DNA of 64,000 nt from Stegostoma tigrinum (Eukaryota). Position numbers and translations under genes: made by a program. Where the stretch lies: positions 110,001,723 through 110,065,722 of the forward strand of contig NC_081356.1 in NCBI RefSeq assembly GCF_030684315.1, read 5' to 3'. The stretch's first letter is position 1, and every line of letters starts with the position of its first letter. Below are positions 40,856 through 54,225 of this stretch, one piece after another. The notes under the pieces are model-generated. The model saw nothing but the letters and a program-made list of their open reading frames with translations. It was not told where the DNA came from and made no database searches.

Positions 40856-43519
40856 AATTAGTTTTGCCACCCTCCACTGAAGCCAGAGATATCTGGATTA
40901 CAATTACCTGTTGTAACACTTGTTACAGTTGTCAGGGGGTCTTGTTAGGAAAGGAGAGAATTGCATTCACTCGCCAGAGTGGGGAGTGGGAATTGGACCC
41001 GATATTAAAGACAGGCTGGAAGGCCATTAAACGCAGGAAGTTTGGTAAGATATAGTGAGAAAACATGCCTCACAGCAAGAATCAATTCTTCGCACACAAC
41101 ACAATTAGCTCTTGGTAAAGAACACTAAGATTCAGTCTTTGGTATGTTCTTTTTCACAAATTATGTGATTCCATTGCATAGCATACCCACAAGAGCACAA
41201 TGCCCTTTTATCTGTTCCTGTTTTACTATGCACCCACACATTCCATAAGGTTGGGGAGGAGACAGAGCTACGAAAGCTGTATATTTCGACACAACTGGCC
41301 TACTGCAAATCTGCAGATTTCTCAGGACAGCAACGTCTTCACGATACCAAAAGCATTTGACTGTAATGATCATTTTACTTTTTCCCCCCCAAGCGATACC
41401 AGAACTTGAAATGCCCTTAAATGTAAATTCCCCATGTAGAATTCAAGGCAGTTGGGATCAAAAACAGTAAATCAAACAACGCACCGGGGACTGAAAGAAA
41501 CTGCCACCTTATTCTAGGATTTCAGAAACAGAATTAGAAATGACATCCAATATAAACCATTTCTAAATAGTTGCAAGTAGTGTCGTAATCTTCTGGAGAG
41601 CCATAGATGCTTCTGCAGAAATATGCAACAAATGTAGCTAAGGTACAGACATCCTGTTTCAGTTGTTGACTTATGTTAATAGTAGTGTTACCCAAAATCC
41701 AGAAGAAAAAAAAGTCATTCCCACCAATGGGTGACCATACACAAACAAATCATTTTAAGCAATAGGTTTCACCTTACAGAAGGGGCAGGTAACTGGTCAC
41801 AACAATACACACCTCCAGGTATGCAGAATTTGGAATTTCCTCATCTAGGTTTAACTATATGGAAAGATAAACTAGAAGAATCTGTTTTGAGAAACAAAAA
41901 ACTTACTATACGAGGGTATGATTCCCAAAAGTCAGTTAAACCACAAACTTTAAACAAAAGTGATCACCTAGCTGAACTTCAAAGTGAAATGGAAATTCTG
42001 GGGGTTGATGGGCTAATGAGGCATCAGTTATCTAATTCCCATAAACATATTCTAGGAAAAGTATGCTATAAATAATGACAGATGGTTTTTGAGAGATCTG
42101 TTAGCACAGCAGCTCCCTATTGCAGTTTAAAGGTTCATTACTATGAAAGAATTCGGTTTTCCTCAACAACCACTTTTATACCTCCTTGAACTATACATTC
42201 ACCCATGTCCTAAATTCAGTAAAATCGAGTTTGGGCCATGTTTAAAAAAAATGTACGAGCAGTACGAAAATCAAAAGATAATCATTGCTTTTGATTTGTT
42301 TAAGACAGATGGTTCCAAAAACTTGGTCTTTCCCATTTAAAAAGCAGACAACTGCAGGCACAAATGCATTGGTTAATGTTTTCATGACGGGAAGAGAATT
42401 CATTGAGCATTTTTCATATTTTAAGAGAGTGACGTTTAAAGCTGGGGACAACTTGGTTAACCCACTTCCTTCTGCACAGCTAAAATGCAGCTTAACAGAC
42501 TGAGTTGCCTACAAACAGAATCCTCACCACCAGAAGCATTTGGCACACGTTAGCTTGCACAAATTTAACAATTTTAAATCCTTTCCACATAAAAATACAT
42601 CCAAATTACAGGACACAAACAAGCCTCCCAGTTCAAAGCATCTATATGTTTTTCACTCCATACAATTCTCCTTCTACTTTACTTTATTGTATCCTCTAAA
42701 CATAGCCTTCAAGAATTTATTCTGGCTTCCCATTAAACACAATGAAAGAATTCACTATGAATACACCACATTTCCTTTTGAAAGATGAAAAATTTCTTTA
42801 AGTAACCTATACAGGATAGGTTACTAAAAATCAGTTTACACGTTGAACATACTGAAACAGTAAGATACTTAGGTTTTCTAAATAACACTGTGTTCAAATA
42901 AATAAGTCAATTGTTTCACAACATGAAGAGCATATTTAGTTAATAAAACCGAGAGAGACACATAAGTCGCGCTGGAGCGACTTAATTCTTTCTGCTTTTC
43001 TAAATAAAAAAATGGGATGTGGGCATTATTGGCAAAGCCATCATTTGTTCCCAACTCCGATATGCTCCCAAGATGGTGGTGAACTGCCTCTTGAAATGAA
43101 GTCCATCCATTGCTATTATAGGAGATGGGTTCCAAGGACTTGATACAGTGAGTGAAGCAAAATTACAAGTTTAAGGTTACAATCAGTACGATGTGGGGGT
43201 TGGACGGCAGCTTGCAGGTTGTTGTGCATCAGTCCTGCACTGCTGCTTGTATACACTGTTATCATTCTGAGTTGATGGCAGAAGAATGAATATTTGATGT
43301 TGTGGGCAGAATGCCAATAAGGCAGCCTGCTTTATCTTGGATGATGTTGAGCTTAGAATATTGTTGGAGCTACACGGACAGGCAAGTGGGGTTAATACCA
43401 GTACACTCACTCCTTATGCCTTGTAGATGGTGGACAGGTGGCGGAGTTCGGTGCAGAGTTGGGAGCCAAGCTAATGGCCACAGATTTCCAACCTCTGGTC
43501 AACACTTAAGCCAGGGTAT

Positions 43520-45060
43520 TTAACAAATGAGATAGCAGATCCCCCAAGAGATGTTATAACATGTTAGAATTTGGATCATAAGCAACTGTGCTAAGGTTAT
43601 ATCAGGGTAATTAGAACATAATGAAGGCACAGCACAAATTAAATTTTGAAAAAAATCTCGCTAAGTGGACTGGGAAAGGAGTTTAGCAGCAAGGACCATT
43701 CAGGGACAACGTCAGACATTTAAGCGATTAGTCACGGACTCTCAGCAAAGATATTCTAGTGAGGAAGGAGGATTCTGGGAAGGGGATAAGCCATAGATTC
43801 CCAGGGAAGGATAAAGAAAAGAAACATACAAAGTGGCAATGGTAAGTAGAAGATTGGAAAAAGATTTAAAAACCAAAGATGACCAAAGTAGTGATGAAGA
43901 AGGAGAAAATGAACTTGAAAGGTAAACTTGCAGGTAATACCAAGGGGGACAGCAAGAGCTTCTTTAAATATGAAAAAGAGGGAGAAGCCAAAGTGAATGT
44001 AGGCCTCAAATGACAAGGCTAGGGAAATAACAATAGCGAACAAAGAAATCGTAGAGGATTTGAATAAATATTTTGCATTAGTCTTCACGGTGGGAGATAG
44101 TGATTGTATACACAAATAAATATCTAAGGGTAAAAAAGACTGGCAATCAGTACCATTACTATCACTAGGGAAATTAATGGGGTTAAAGACCAATGGATCT
44201 CTAGGTCCTGACGGGATACATCCTGGTTTATTAAAAGGAAATGGCTAGATACTGGATGCACTAGTGACAATCTTCTAGGAGGGTCCGGGAGGTTTGTGAA
44301 ACTGCCAACAAAAACACCTTTTCTAAATAAAGGGAAAAGGAGTCAATAAAGGAAACAATACAAAGAAATAATAGCAGGGCATTTAGAAGTGCATAATTAA
44401 GCGAAGCCAGCGTGGCTTTAAGAAGGGGAAATAATGCCCAACAATTTTACTGCAAGTCTTTGTGGTAGAAACAGGCAGCATAGATAAGGGAGAGCAACAA
44501 ATGTAATATATTTAGAAGTTCAGAAGGCGTTTGATAATGTACCACACATTAGGCTACTTGAGACAAGAGCCCATGCTGTTGGAGGGTACATATTAGAAGA
44601 GTTATAGGATTGGCTAACTAATAGAAGGCATGGGAGATTATGAGAGCATTGCAGTGGGAGAGAGATGCCCTGAGATTTGTCCAGAGGGTAACTTCTTCAG
44701 AGTAGGCATCCTTAGAAGAGGCTTCGCATGGGGGTTAAAATTGTTTCAGAAATAATAGGAACTGCAGATGCTGGAGAATCCGATGAAGGGTCTAGGCCTG
44801 AAACGTTAGCTTTCCTGCTCGGCCTGCTGTGTTCATCCAGCTCTACACCTCGTTATCTCAGATTCTCTAGCATCTGAAGTCCCTACTATCTACAGTAGAA
44901 GGCATAGTTGGGATATGGGGTACATTCACAAAATGGTGCTCTATAACTAGTGGTGATATGTGCCACAATTATTTACAACATAGATCAATAACTTGGATGA
45001 AGAAAGTGAAGGTCCTATAACCGGGTTTGGAGGCGACAGAAACGGGGAGGGTCATTGATT
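43520..45060 (+). mobile_element. Decayed CR1 ORF2, interrupted by a Penelope mini-element (about 44685-44892)
   Basis: LNKYFALVFT, SLGPDGIHP and QRGFKKGK motifs; insert carries gatgaagggtctaggcctgaaacgttag. Confidence 0.8.
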
Positions 45061-45482
45061 CTTCTGCCACTTGAGTATAAGGGGACATGAGGAAAAAAAA
45101 GCTTATAAGCAGAGGGCAGTGGGTGCCTGGAATTTGCCGCCCGAGTTGGCGGTGGCGGCAGAGACCCTAAACTCTTTCAAAAACCACCGGGATCTGTACC
45201 TTTTGTGTTGCAAAATGCAGAGCTAAAAAGGACAGTGTGCATGAAGATTGGAATGGAAAGCATATCTGGAAGTCTTTGAGGCAACATGGACAAAGTGGTT
45301 CTAATGGTTCTATAGTTGGGAAAGCAAGTTATGAAAATGACAATGACAATCTGTAGAGGGATCGTAGACAAGGGCTGGTTAAGCAAATGCTCAAAATCTT
45401 GGCAGTTTTTAAAACTCAATGGATGAGGGTGTTGCTGGCTAGACAGCCTTTATTGCCCATAAGGCAGTTAAGAGTCAACCAT

Positions 45483-45978
45483 GATAATAAAATGTGAGGC
45501 TGGATGAACACAGCAGGCCAAGCAGCATCTCAGGAGCACAAAAGCTGACGTTTCGGGCCTAGACCCTTCATCAGAGAGGGGGATGGGGGGAGGGAACTGG
45601 AATAAATAGGGAGAGAGGGGGAGGCGGACCGAAGATGGAGAGTAAAGAAGATAGGTGGAGAGGGTGTAGGTGGGGAGGTAGGGAGGGGATAGGTCAGTCC
45701 AGGGAAGACGGACAGGTCAAGGAGGTGGGATGAGGTTAGTAGGTAGCTGGGGGTGCGGCTTGGGGTGGGAGGAAGAGATGGGTGAGAGGAAGAACCGGTT
45801 AGGGAGGCAGAGACAGGTTGGACTGGTTTTGGGATGCAGTGGGTGGGGGGGAAGAGCTGGGCTGGTTGTGTGGTGCAGTGGGGGGAGGGGATGAACTGGG
45901 CTGGTTTAGGGATGCAGTGGGGGAAGGGGAGATTTTGAAACTGGTGAAGTCCACATTGATACCATATGGCTGCAGGGT
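45483..45978 (-). mobile_element. Young 5'-truncated Penelope 3' end (pLTR) inserted in an older SINE
   Basis: Closely similar to 63281-63780; contains three tandem ~38 bp units (45821-45930). Confidence 0.9.
45545..45574 (-). ncRNA. Minimal hammerhead ribozyme motif (PLE-type)
   Basis: Minus strand reads CTGATGA-A-GGGTCTAGGCCC-GAAAC-GTC-AG: both catalytic boxes, stem II hairpin, palindromic ACGT in place of stem III. Confidence 0.7.
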
Positions 45979-47369
45979 TTACCATATTGCTGTGGGTCTA
46001 GAGCCATCAGTATGCCAACAAAGAATGGCAGCTTTCCTTCCCTAAAAAGATATTGGTAAACCAGATGGGGTTTTCTAACAATCAACAATGGATTCACCGT
46101 CATCATTAGATTTTTAATTCCAGACTCTTTCTAGTAGAATTTGAATTCAATGTTTGCCGTGGTGGGATTCTGGGCTTCCAGAACATTATCTGGATCTCTG
46201 GATTAACAGCCCAGCAATAATACCACAAGGTCAATAGCTCCCACCTCCCCCAAGATGGAACATATTTGGTGAAAATGTGAGATTTTATATTCTTCTGCCA
46301 AAGAATATAAAAGAGTTGATTATTTTTTAAATGCAGAAGGCAGCATCATTTTCCCCTTTCAACTTTATCAACGTACTGCTGTTTCATTGATAACCAAGAA
46401 ATTTCATGACATCAAGTAAAAAAAAAAGTAAGTTGCTAGGTAGGCACCATATTCACATTCACTCCCTCCACCAATGTTGCTAATGTGCATCAGTACGTGC
46501 CATCTACAGGATGAAGAATTGTAGAAATTTACCAAGGCTTGTAGGCCATCCCCACCAAACCCAATGACCACTATCATTTAGGAAGGCACTGTAGCAGATG
46601 GAACACTACCATATCCAAGCTCCTCTCCAAAGCACTCACCATCCTAACGTGGCAATATATCGCATTTTCTTCATTAACACTGGATCAAAATCATGGAACT
46701 CCCTCCCACAAAACACTGTTGTAGGTGCATCTACGCCAAAGGAAAGCAGCAGTTCAAGAAGGCACCTCATCACCGCCTTCTCAAAGGCAATTAAGGATGA
46801 GCAAATTACTTAGTCAGCAAAGCCAATGTCATTCGGTGAAGAAAAAATAGTAAAACGTAGTTGATCCAACAGTTAGCTTCTCTTATAAGTTCTAATTTTT
46901 TGCAATACATTTTTCTCACTGCTAGGTGGCATTATGTAGCAACATAAAATTCACTCCAATGGTTTTCACAAGAGCACTAAAGTGGCCAGAATAAATGAAA
47001 AGCACCACAAATATCACATTCATAACTTGAAAAGCATGCTCAAAATGCACAATAGATCTGTCAGCACCTGAGAATAAAACTATTACATATGTAAATATAA
47101 ACATCTTTCCTTGTTTCATATACTGACATATAACTATGTTTTCCAGTAATTTTAAATATCACCAGGCAAGAATCAGGCACTGCAGGAATCGTTAGCGTGT
47201 TAATAATTAAACAAATCTTCTGCTCACAAATAGTAAAACATAAAATGGAACTTAATACATTCTTGAAATTTTAAATGTTACTTTTAAAGTTAACATCTTA
47301 TTGACAATGAATAAAGTAATGAGAATCAAATTTCACACCATTTCAAATCTTTTTCGGGAAACTTTTCCT

Positions 47370-48770
47370 CTTTATTCACTTGTTGGATGTGGATGATGTT
47401 AGTTGGCCTAGTATTATTAATTACCCACCCCTAGTTGCCTTTGAGAGGGTGGTGATGAGCTGCCTTCTTGAACTGTTGCAGTCCACCTGCTACAGGTAGA
47501 CTCAATGTCCTTTGAGTTTGGCCCAGTGACAGGAAGAAGTGGTGATATATTTCCAAATTAGGATGCTGTATGGCTTGGAGGGGAACTTGTAGGTGATGCT
47601 GCTCCCATGTAGCTGTTGCCTTTGTCCTTCCAAATGGAAGTGGTCATGGGATTGGAAGATGCAGTCCAAGGATTTCTTAGAATCCCTACAGTGTGAAAAC
47701 AGGCCCTTCGGCCCAACAAGTCCACAACATTCCTCAAAGCATCCCACCCAGACCCATCCCCCTCTAGCCCACCTAATCTACACATCCCTGAACACCACAG
47801 GCAATTTAGCACAGCCAATCCACCTAACCTGGGCATCTTTGGACTGTGGGAGGCAACCAGAGCACCCAGAGGAAATCCACGCAGACATGGGAAGAACGTG
47901 CAAACTCCACACAGTGTTCCGAGGGTGGAATTGAACCCAGGCCCTTGGTGCTGTGAGGCAGCAGTGCTAATCACTGAGCCACCATGCCACCCTAAGGATC
48001 TTCTGAATTTCTGCAGTACATCCTCCATACAGGACACACTACTGCTTTCAAGCTTTGGTGGAGGAGGAATAGATGCTTGTGAATGTGATGCTAATCAATT
48101 GGGCTGACTTGACCTGGGTGACATTCAGCTGAGTGTTGTTGGAGTTGCACTCATCCGAGTAATTAAGAATAGTCCATTACACTCCTAACTTGTGCCTCTG
48201 ACAGGTTGACAGGCTTTGGGGAGTCAGGGAAAGTTATAGCCACAGTACTCAGAGCCTGAGCTGTTCTTGTAGTCACCATATTTACATGTTGAGTCCAGTT
48301 GATTTTTTGGCCAAAGGTAACTCCCAAGCTGTCAATAGTCGGGGAACTAAGTGATGGCAACACCATTGAATGTCAAGGGGTTGCAGTAGTCAGATTGGCT
48401 TTTATTGGAGACAACCTCTATCCGCCTCCCCCTCTCTGCCTATTTACTTCAGAACCCTCTCTCCACCTCTCCCACCCCACCGTTTCTGATGAAACAGTCT
48501 AGGCCCGAAACGTTAGCTTTCCTGCTCCTAAGATGCTGCTTGGCCTGTGTTCATCCAACTCTACACCTTATCTAAGCTTTTATTGGAGATGGTCATTGTC
48601 TGGCATTTGTGTGGTGAAAATGTTACTTGCCACTTGTCAGTCTAAGCATCGACAGTGTCCGCATTTCATTGCACTTAAATATGCTTCAGAGTGGTGAATG
48701 TGCAATGTTCAGCACCAATCGGTGAACATCCCCACATCTGACCTTATGGAGGAAAGTCATTGATGAGCAA
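47370..48770 (-). mobile_element. LINE (L2/CR1 superclade) 3' fragment hosting an HE1 SINE and a Penelope insert
   Basis: LGVTFGQKINWTQHVN and AQVRSVMDYS motifs (48163-48366); insert at 48412-48575 with gcttttattggaga duplication. Confidence 0.75.
47679..47991 (-). mobile_element. HE1-type tRNA-derived SINE
   Basis: Minus strand gggtggcatggtggctcagtg (A box)...gggttcaattcc (B box); CR1-like tail gggccgaagggcctgtt. Confidence 0.85.
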
Positions 48771-49080
48771 TTGCCAATTATGTAGGTTTGGAAGGGTTTA
48801 ACACAAAACCATTCTTTACATCAAATAATTATTGATCAAAAGGATATAAAAGCACCCATACAAAAAAGAAATTATTTCTCAAACAAGTATTAACATGGGT
48901 TACTTTGGCCCAAAGTAAGGCAATTTTACAATCTGGACAGAGTTCAATTTGATAAAAGTTTGAAGGCTGGTGAAGGAGAAGTCGGACAGATTAGATTGAT
49001 CAGTGTTCTACAAATTTCAATTACTAATTTTAATACCACTTTTGCCAGGATAAGTTTTCCAAACACACTGGTAATGCTAG

Positions 49081-49156
49081 ATAACAAATTGTGGAGCTGG
49101 ATGAGCACAGCAGGCTAAGAGGCGTCTTAGGAGCACAGAAGCTGACGTTTCAGGCC
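49081..49156 (-). mobile_element. Penelope pLTR mini-insert
   Basis: Single arm ending at the hammerhead core; tggtaatgctag duplicated at 49069-49080 and 49159-49170. Confidence 0.8.
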
Positions 49157-49859
49157 TCGACCGTTCATCAGAAAACAATGGTAATGCTAGCCAGTCTGCA
49201 GGAATATTTAAAACAAAGATTTCATATATCCATTTCCAGATTATAAAGTACCTCAGAACTAAGTTTTAAAAATTCATCTTTGTATTCATTACATTTCAAA
49301 GGGTGAATAATTACAATATTGAATTGCAACTCTGCAACCCATGCCAACCAGCCTTGATGGATTCATTCTATAAGCATCACCTCAGGACCAATGGTTAAAG
49401 AAAATATAGGTCAAGCTTAATTTGAAATTTTAGTTTTTTCCTCCCCTCCCCCCACCCCACAATTAAAAACAGCTATGGGTTCTGGAAGACAAACTTGTAC
49501 TTCCCCATTCAGGAAAGCAAAACATTAGATTTACTGTTATTGTGTTAATAAATTAAAACTAACATTTAGGAATAGGGTTTCAAGACCAATCTTTTCATTT
49601 TATCCAAACAAATATGAAGTCTCCTCCACAAAGGAAACTCAAAATATGCAAAAGGAGGAAACAAAAACCATATAGTTTAAAAGAACTATCTTGTCAGAGT
49701 CAGAAATAACAGCGACTTTGCTGCATGTGCTGTAACAATTCAAAAGGAGCTTACAATCACCTTCTCAAGGGAAAGAACTAAGACAGGCAATAGAAGCAAA
49801 CAAAGCTTACGTCCAAGAAAGAAGAAAGAATTCAAGTAATTATTATATAAACAAAGGAG

Positions 49860-50207
49860 ATGTGGTGACCTAGTGGTATTAATCATTGGACTGTTCATCC
49901 AGAGGCCCAGGTAGAATTCTGGGGAGCCAAGTTTGAATCCTGCCACAGCAGATGGTAGATTTTGATTTCAATAAAATCTGGACTTCTGACTCTAACAATG
50001 ACCATTAATCCATTGTCAATTGTCAGAAATACCTACAATGTCCTTTAGGGAAAGAAACTGCCATCCTTACCTGGCCTGGCCTAAATGTGACTTTAGACCC
50101 ACAATAGTCTGGTTGACTTCTACTTGCTCTCTAGGCAATTAGAAAAAGGCAATAAGGGAAGGGCAATAAATGCTGGTCTATCCAGTGATGCCCATACCCA
50201 TAAATGA
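49860..50207 (+). mobile_element. tRNA-derived SINE sharing its 3' tail with the L2-like LINE
   Basis: A box tgacctagtgg, B box gtttgaatcc, tail gggcaataaatgctgg; relatives at 7372-7680, 20720-21060 (-) and 45420-46250 (-). Confidence 0.65.
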
Positions 50208-50633
50208 ATTTTTAAAAATTGTAACTTTAACTCTGGGAAGATTTGTCTCCCATTCTGAATCTTCCTGGCTCATGCAACAGCACATACACTGCTGTGAACC
50301 AATTGCCATACAGTCTAGAAATGACGCAGTCTCCAATTTTCGATATTTAGGGTAAACGCTCATGGTTGTAACATCTCAGTCTATACCCAACAATAACTTG
50401 CTTTTTAAGGTTTCCAGTAACAGGCTTCAGGTGATGTTCAAGAAAGTTAAACACAGCTACATAATTTACAACATGTAAAACGGTCAAAATAAATGGTTAG
50501 TTTAAAATAGAGGCATATGGGCAAAATGGTTAGTGTTCAATTTCCACCTGCTTTGGAGGTGCATCATAAAATGTGCAAACAGGTTGATTATAGATGATTA
50601 CTCATAACTGTACAACTTTATACTCAACTAAGA

Positions 50634-50914
50634 GCGGCTCAGTGGTTAGCCCTGCAGCCTCTCAGCGCCAGGGACCCGGGTTCGATTCCAGCTTCGGATG
50701 ACTGTCTGTGTGGAGTTTGCATTCTCCCCATGTCTGCGTGGGTTTCCTCCGGGTATTCCGGTTTCCTCCCACAGTCCAAAGATGTGCAGGCTAGGTGGAT
50801 CGGCCATGCTAAATTGCTTGTAGTGTTCAGGGGTGTGGGTGATAGGGGCATGGGTCTGGGTGGGATGCTTCAAGTGGTGGTGTAGACTTGTTGGGCCGAA
50901 GGGAATCTAATCTA
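50634..50914 (+). mobile_element. HE1-type tRNA-derived SINE
   Basis: ggctcagtggttagc A box, ggttcgattcc B box, (aatct)n tail. Confidence 0.88.
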
Positions 50915-51994
50915 AGCAGCATTAAAAAAATGCAGTGAAAAAAAATCCATTTACCTAGGTTCATCTTTGCCCTAGATGAATCTTAAAGATCCAAAGCTTG
51001 AAGGATTTCTTTTTTAAGGAGAGAGAAGCTACATTGAAATAAATCTCAAAACACCTAAGGGACCAGTAGTGAAAAGCCAATTTAGTTAGCCATTCTCAAT
51101 AAAACAAATTGAAGAAAGCAACTGAAAAATACAATAGGGATAGAGACCATGAAATATGCGGTTTAGGTAGAAATGAAAGATTAAGTGGTACAGGAACTAA
51201 CCTCAAACTCAAAATGTTTCACAGAGGACAAATCCTACTCAATATTCCATGATTAATTAAGTAACACATCAGAATTTTAACCAGGAATCAGTGGAGAAGA
51301 ACGGTACAAGCAGGAAAAGAGGTGCCACAAAACGTTGAAGACAGAGGTTATAAAAATTATTAAACCGCAAGCTCAGTCCATCTGGTGTGACCCTAAGTGG
51401 ATTGTAAAACATTAAAAAATAAAATTTGGCAGGGAGGAGGCTTCCAAAAATTCAGTGAAGAAAACGTGATGGGATTAGTTATAAGAACAAAGATACAACC
51501 ATAGAACAAGAGGAGGCCACTCAGTCCTTTGAACTTGCTGCACCGTTCAAAATGATCCTGACTGATATGATTATAGCCTCAACTCTACACTCCAGCTTAG
51601 CCCTGATAGTCAAGGATCAAATCTCGATTTAAAAATATGTAGAGATTCTGCATCGATCAGGAATTCCAAAGCCTTAACCCACAATTCTTTCCCGCTCACC
51701 TTAATCTTAAATGAGCAACCCCTTATTTTTTAACCGTAATCCCTAGTCCTAGAATCTTCCACCAGAGGAAACATCCTTTCCACATCCACCTGTGCCCTCT
51801 CAGGATCTTGTTTCAATTAAGTCACCTCTGACTCTTCCGAACTGCAGAGGATATAATCCTGGATTTTCCTCAACACAATCTGCTCATTCCGGGTATGTGT
51901 ATAGTAAACATTTTTTTAAACTGCTTCTAACATATTAGCATCCTTCCTTAAACACGATGACCAGCATTGTAAATAGTACTCCAGATTAAGTCTT

Positions 51995-53012
51995 ACCTCA
52001 TGCCTTGCACAACCAAAACAGAATCCCCCCTCGTCCTCACGTACCACCCCACCAACATCCAGATCCAACGCTTCATCCTCCGACGTTTCCGCCATCTACA
52101 ATCTGACCCCACTACCAAAGACATTTTTCCTTCCCCACCCTTATCGGCCTTCCGGAGGGACCACTCTCTCCATGACTCCCTTGTCTGCTCCACACTCCCC
52201 TCCAGACCCACCACCCCTGCAACCAAAGCGCGCGCTACAACTGTCCCTACACCTCTCCCCTCACCCCCATCCCAGGCCCTAAGAAGACCTTCCACATCAA
52301 ACAGATGTTCACCTGCGCATCTGCTGATGTGGTATACTGTATCCACTGTTCCCATTGTGGCCTCCTCTACAATCGAGGAAACCAAGCAGAGGCTTGGGGA
52401 CCACTTTGCAGAACACCTACCTCAGTTCACAACAAACAACTCCACCTCCCAGTCGCCAACTAATTCAACTCCCCCTCCCACTCCTTGGATGACATGTCCA
52501 TCCTGGGCCTCCTGCACTGCCACAATGACACCATGCAAAAACTGCAGGAACAGCATCTTATATTCCGCTTGGGAAGCCTGCAACCCAAGGGTATCAATGT
52601 GGACTTCACAAGCTTTAAAATCTCCCCTCCCCTGACTGCATCCCAAAACCAGCCCAGCTAATACCCACCTCCCTAACCATTTCTCCCACCTCAAGCCCCA
52701 CCCCATCTCCTATCCACCAACCTCATCCCACCTCCTTGGCCTGTCTGTCCTCCCCAGACTGACCTATCCCCTCCCTAACTCCCCACCTACATTCACTACT
52801 GGCTCCAACCCCACCTCTTTGACCGGTCTGTCTCCTCTCCACCTATCTTCTCCTCTATCCATCTTCTATCCGCCTCCCCTTCTTTCCCTATTTATTTCAG
52901 AATCCCCTTCCCTTCCCCCATTTCTGAAGAAAGGTCTCAGCCTGAAACATCGGCTTTCCTGCTCCTGTGATGCTGCTTGGCCTGCTGTGTTCGTCCAGCT
53001 CTATACCATTCT
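51995..53012 (+). mobile_element. Penelope-like element 3' part (GIY-YIG endonuclease remnant plus pLTR) nested in a minus-strand CR1 (51498-53120)
   Basis: PLVLTYHP, FRRDHSLHDSLV and ETKQRLGDHFAEHL motifs; terminal ctgaagaaaggtctcagcctgaaacatc core. Confidence 0.9.
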
Positions 53013-54102
53013 ATACTAGCTTCCCTGATTACGTGCTGGACCTGCAAACTCAGATTTGTGCATTAGGCCAGCCAATCTCCACTGCAACCTCTCACCATTT
53101 AGATAATGCACATTTTCTATTGCAAAGTTGAGTAGAGTTTTTGTGGGCTAGGAAGCAGGACATTAAAATTTGGTGTTTGTAAAATGCTAGGTTGGGTGGA
53201 TCTGGGGGTGGGGGAGAACAGTAGTGCATAGTAGAGATTCAAAAAGGATGCCTGTGGGCAGCAGCTCGTGGGTTTGCAAGCACATAGCACACCTGAATTG
53301 AAACATCTGTATCCAAAGTCTATGCAGTTAGCAGACCAAACAGCAGTTGTTATCAAGACCATGTTTTGAATTTAGCCAGTTTGAACAAAGCACCTAGTTA
53401 CCAAAAGAACCAAGTAGGTTTAAATTTGATGGCTTTGATAACATAAGAACAATCCTATTGTAAGAAATATTTATAAGTCATCAAAGGCACAACAAAAAGG
53501 AGCAGTCGGTCAAAGACAACAGGCCAAACTGCCATCTGCAAGAGTTAACAGCTCTTGGATCGCAAGACAGAATTGCTAACTCGGTCTAAGTTTTAGGGAA
53601 AGCAACACCTTTGCCCACTCAAAACTATTTATATCCTTCTAATCTTCTAATGTCCTCTTTACAACACATTTTCATAATGGCAAAACTGGTATCATACCTT
53701 CATTCAAATTATTTATATAAAAATTGCTTTTAAAAAAAGTTGAAGTCTTAGCGTAAATCCCTGCAGCACACGACTCACGAAATCCCTGCCAGCCTGAAAA
53801 AGATTTATTTGTTCCTACTCTACTTCCTGTTAGCTAGCCAAATTTCCATCCATGCCAATGTTACTTCCTAAACCATTAACTTTTTCCACGCTCTACAATA
53901 ACCTTTAATAGTGGCACCTTACCATAAATACCGTCTTGAAAACTAAGTATAATACACCCACTGGTTCTACATCAGCTACAACATTTATAGACTTGGACTA
54001 TAAATTTGAAAAAAAAAAGGACGAGGTTTCAACAGTCTCTAATTTCCTGGTTTGCTGTCTGAGAGAATACTTCAATGTAAATCAGTTTACCCTGCTACAC
54101 AA

Positions 54103-54225
54103 GATAACAAGGTGTGGAGCTGGATGAACACAGCAGGCCAAGCAGCATCTCTTGGCCTGCTGTGTTCACCCAGCTCGACACCTTGTTATCGCGGATTCGC
54201 CAGCATCTGCACTTCCTATTATCTC
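54103..54225. mobile_element. Penelope-derived fold-back mini-element lacking the ribozyme core
   Basis: gataacaaggtgt...acaccttgttatc arms; ttaccctgcta(c/t)acaa duplicated at 54087-54102 and 54226-54241. Confidence 0.85.

Noticed and set aside
41731-42788. Cluster of short plus-strand ORFs as an antisense gene
   Set aside because: Mostly non-ATG or low-complexity ORFs, with no recognisable domain or splice structure.
45821-45930. CRISPR-like or regulatory repeat array
   Set aside because: Three tandem ~38 bp units without unique spacers, part of the Penelope 3' region and repeated at about 63625-63735; eukaryotic context.
50634-50710. tRNA gene
   Set aside because: The A/B boxes belong to a SINE head followed by SINE body and tail; no cloverleaf.
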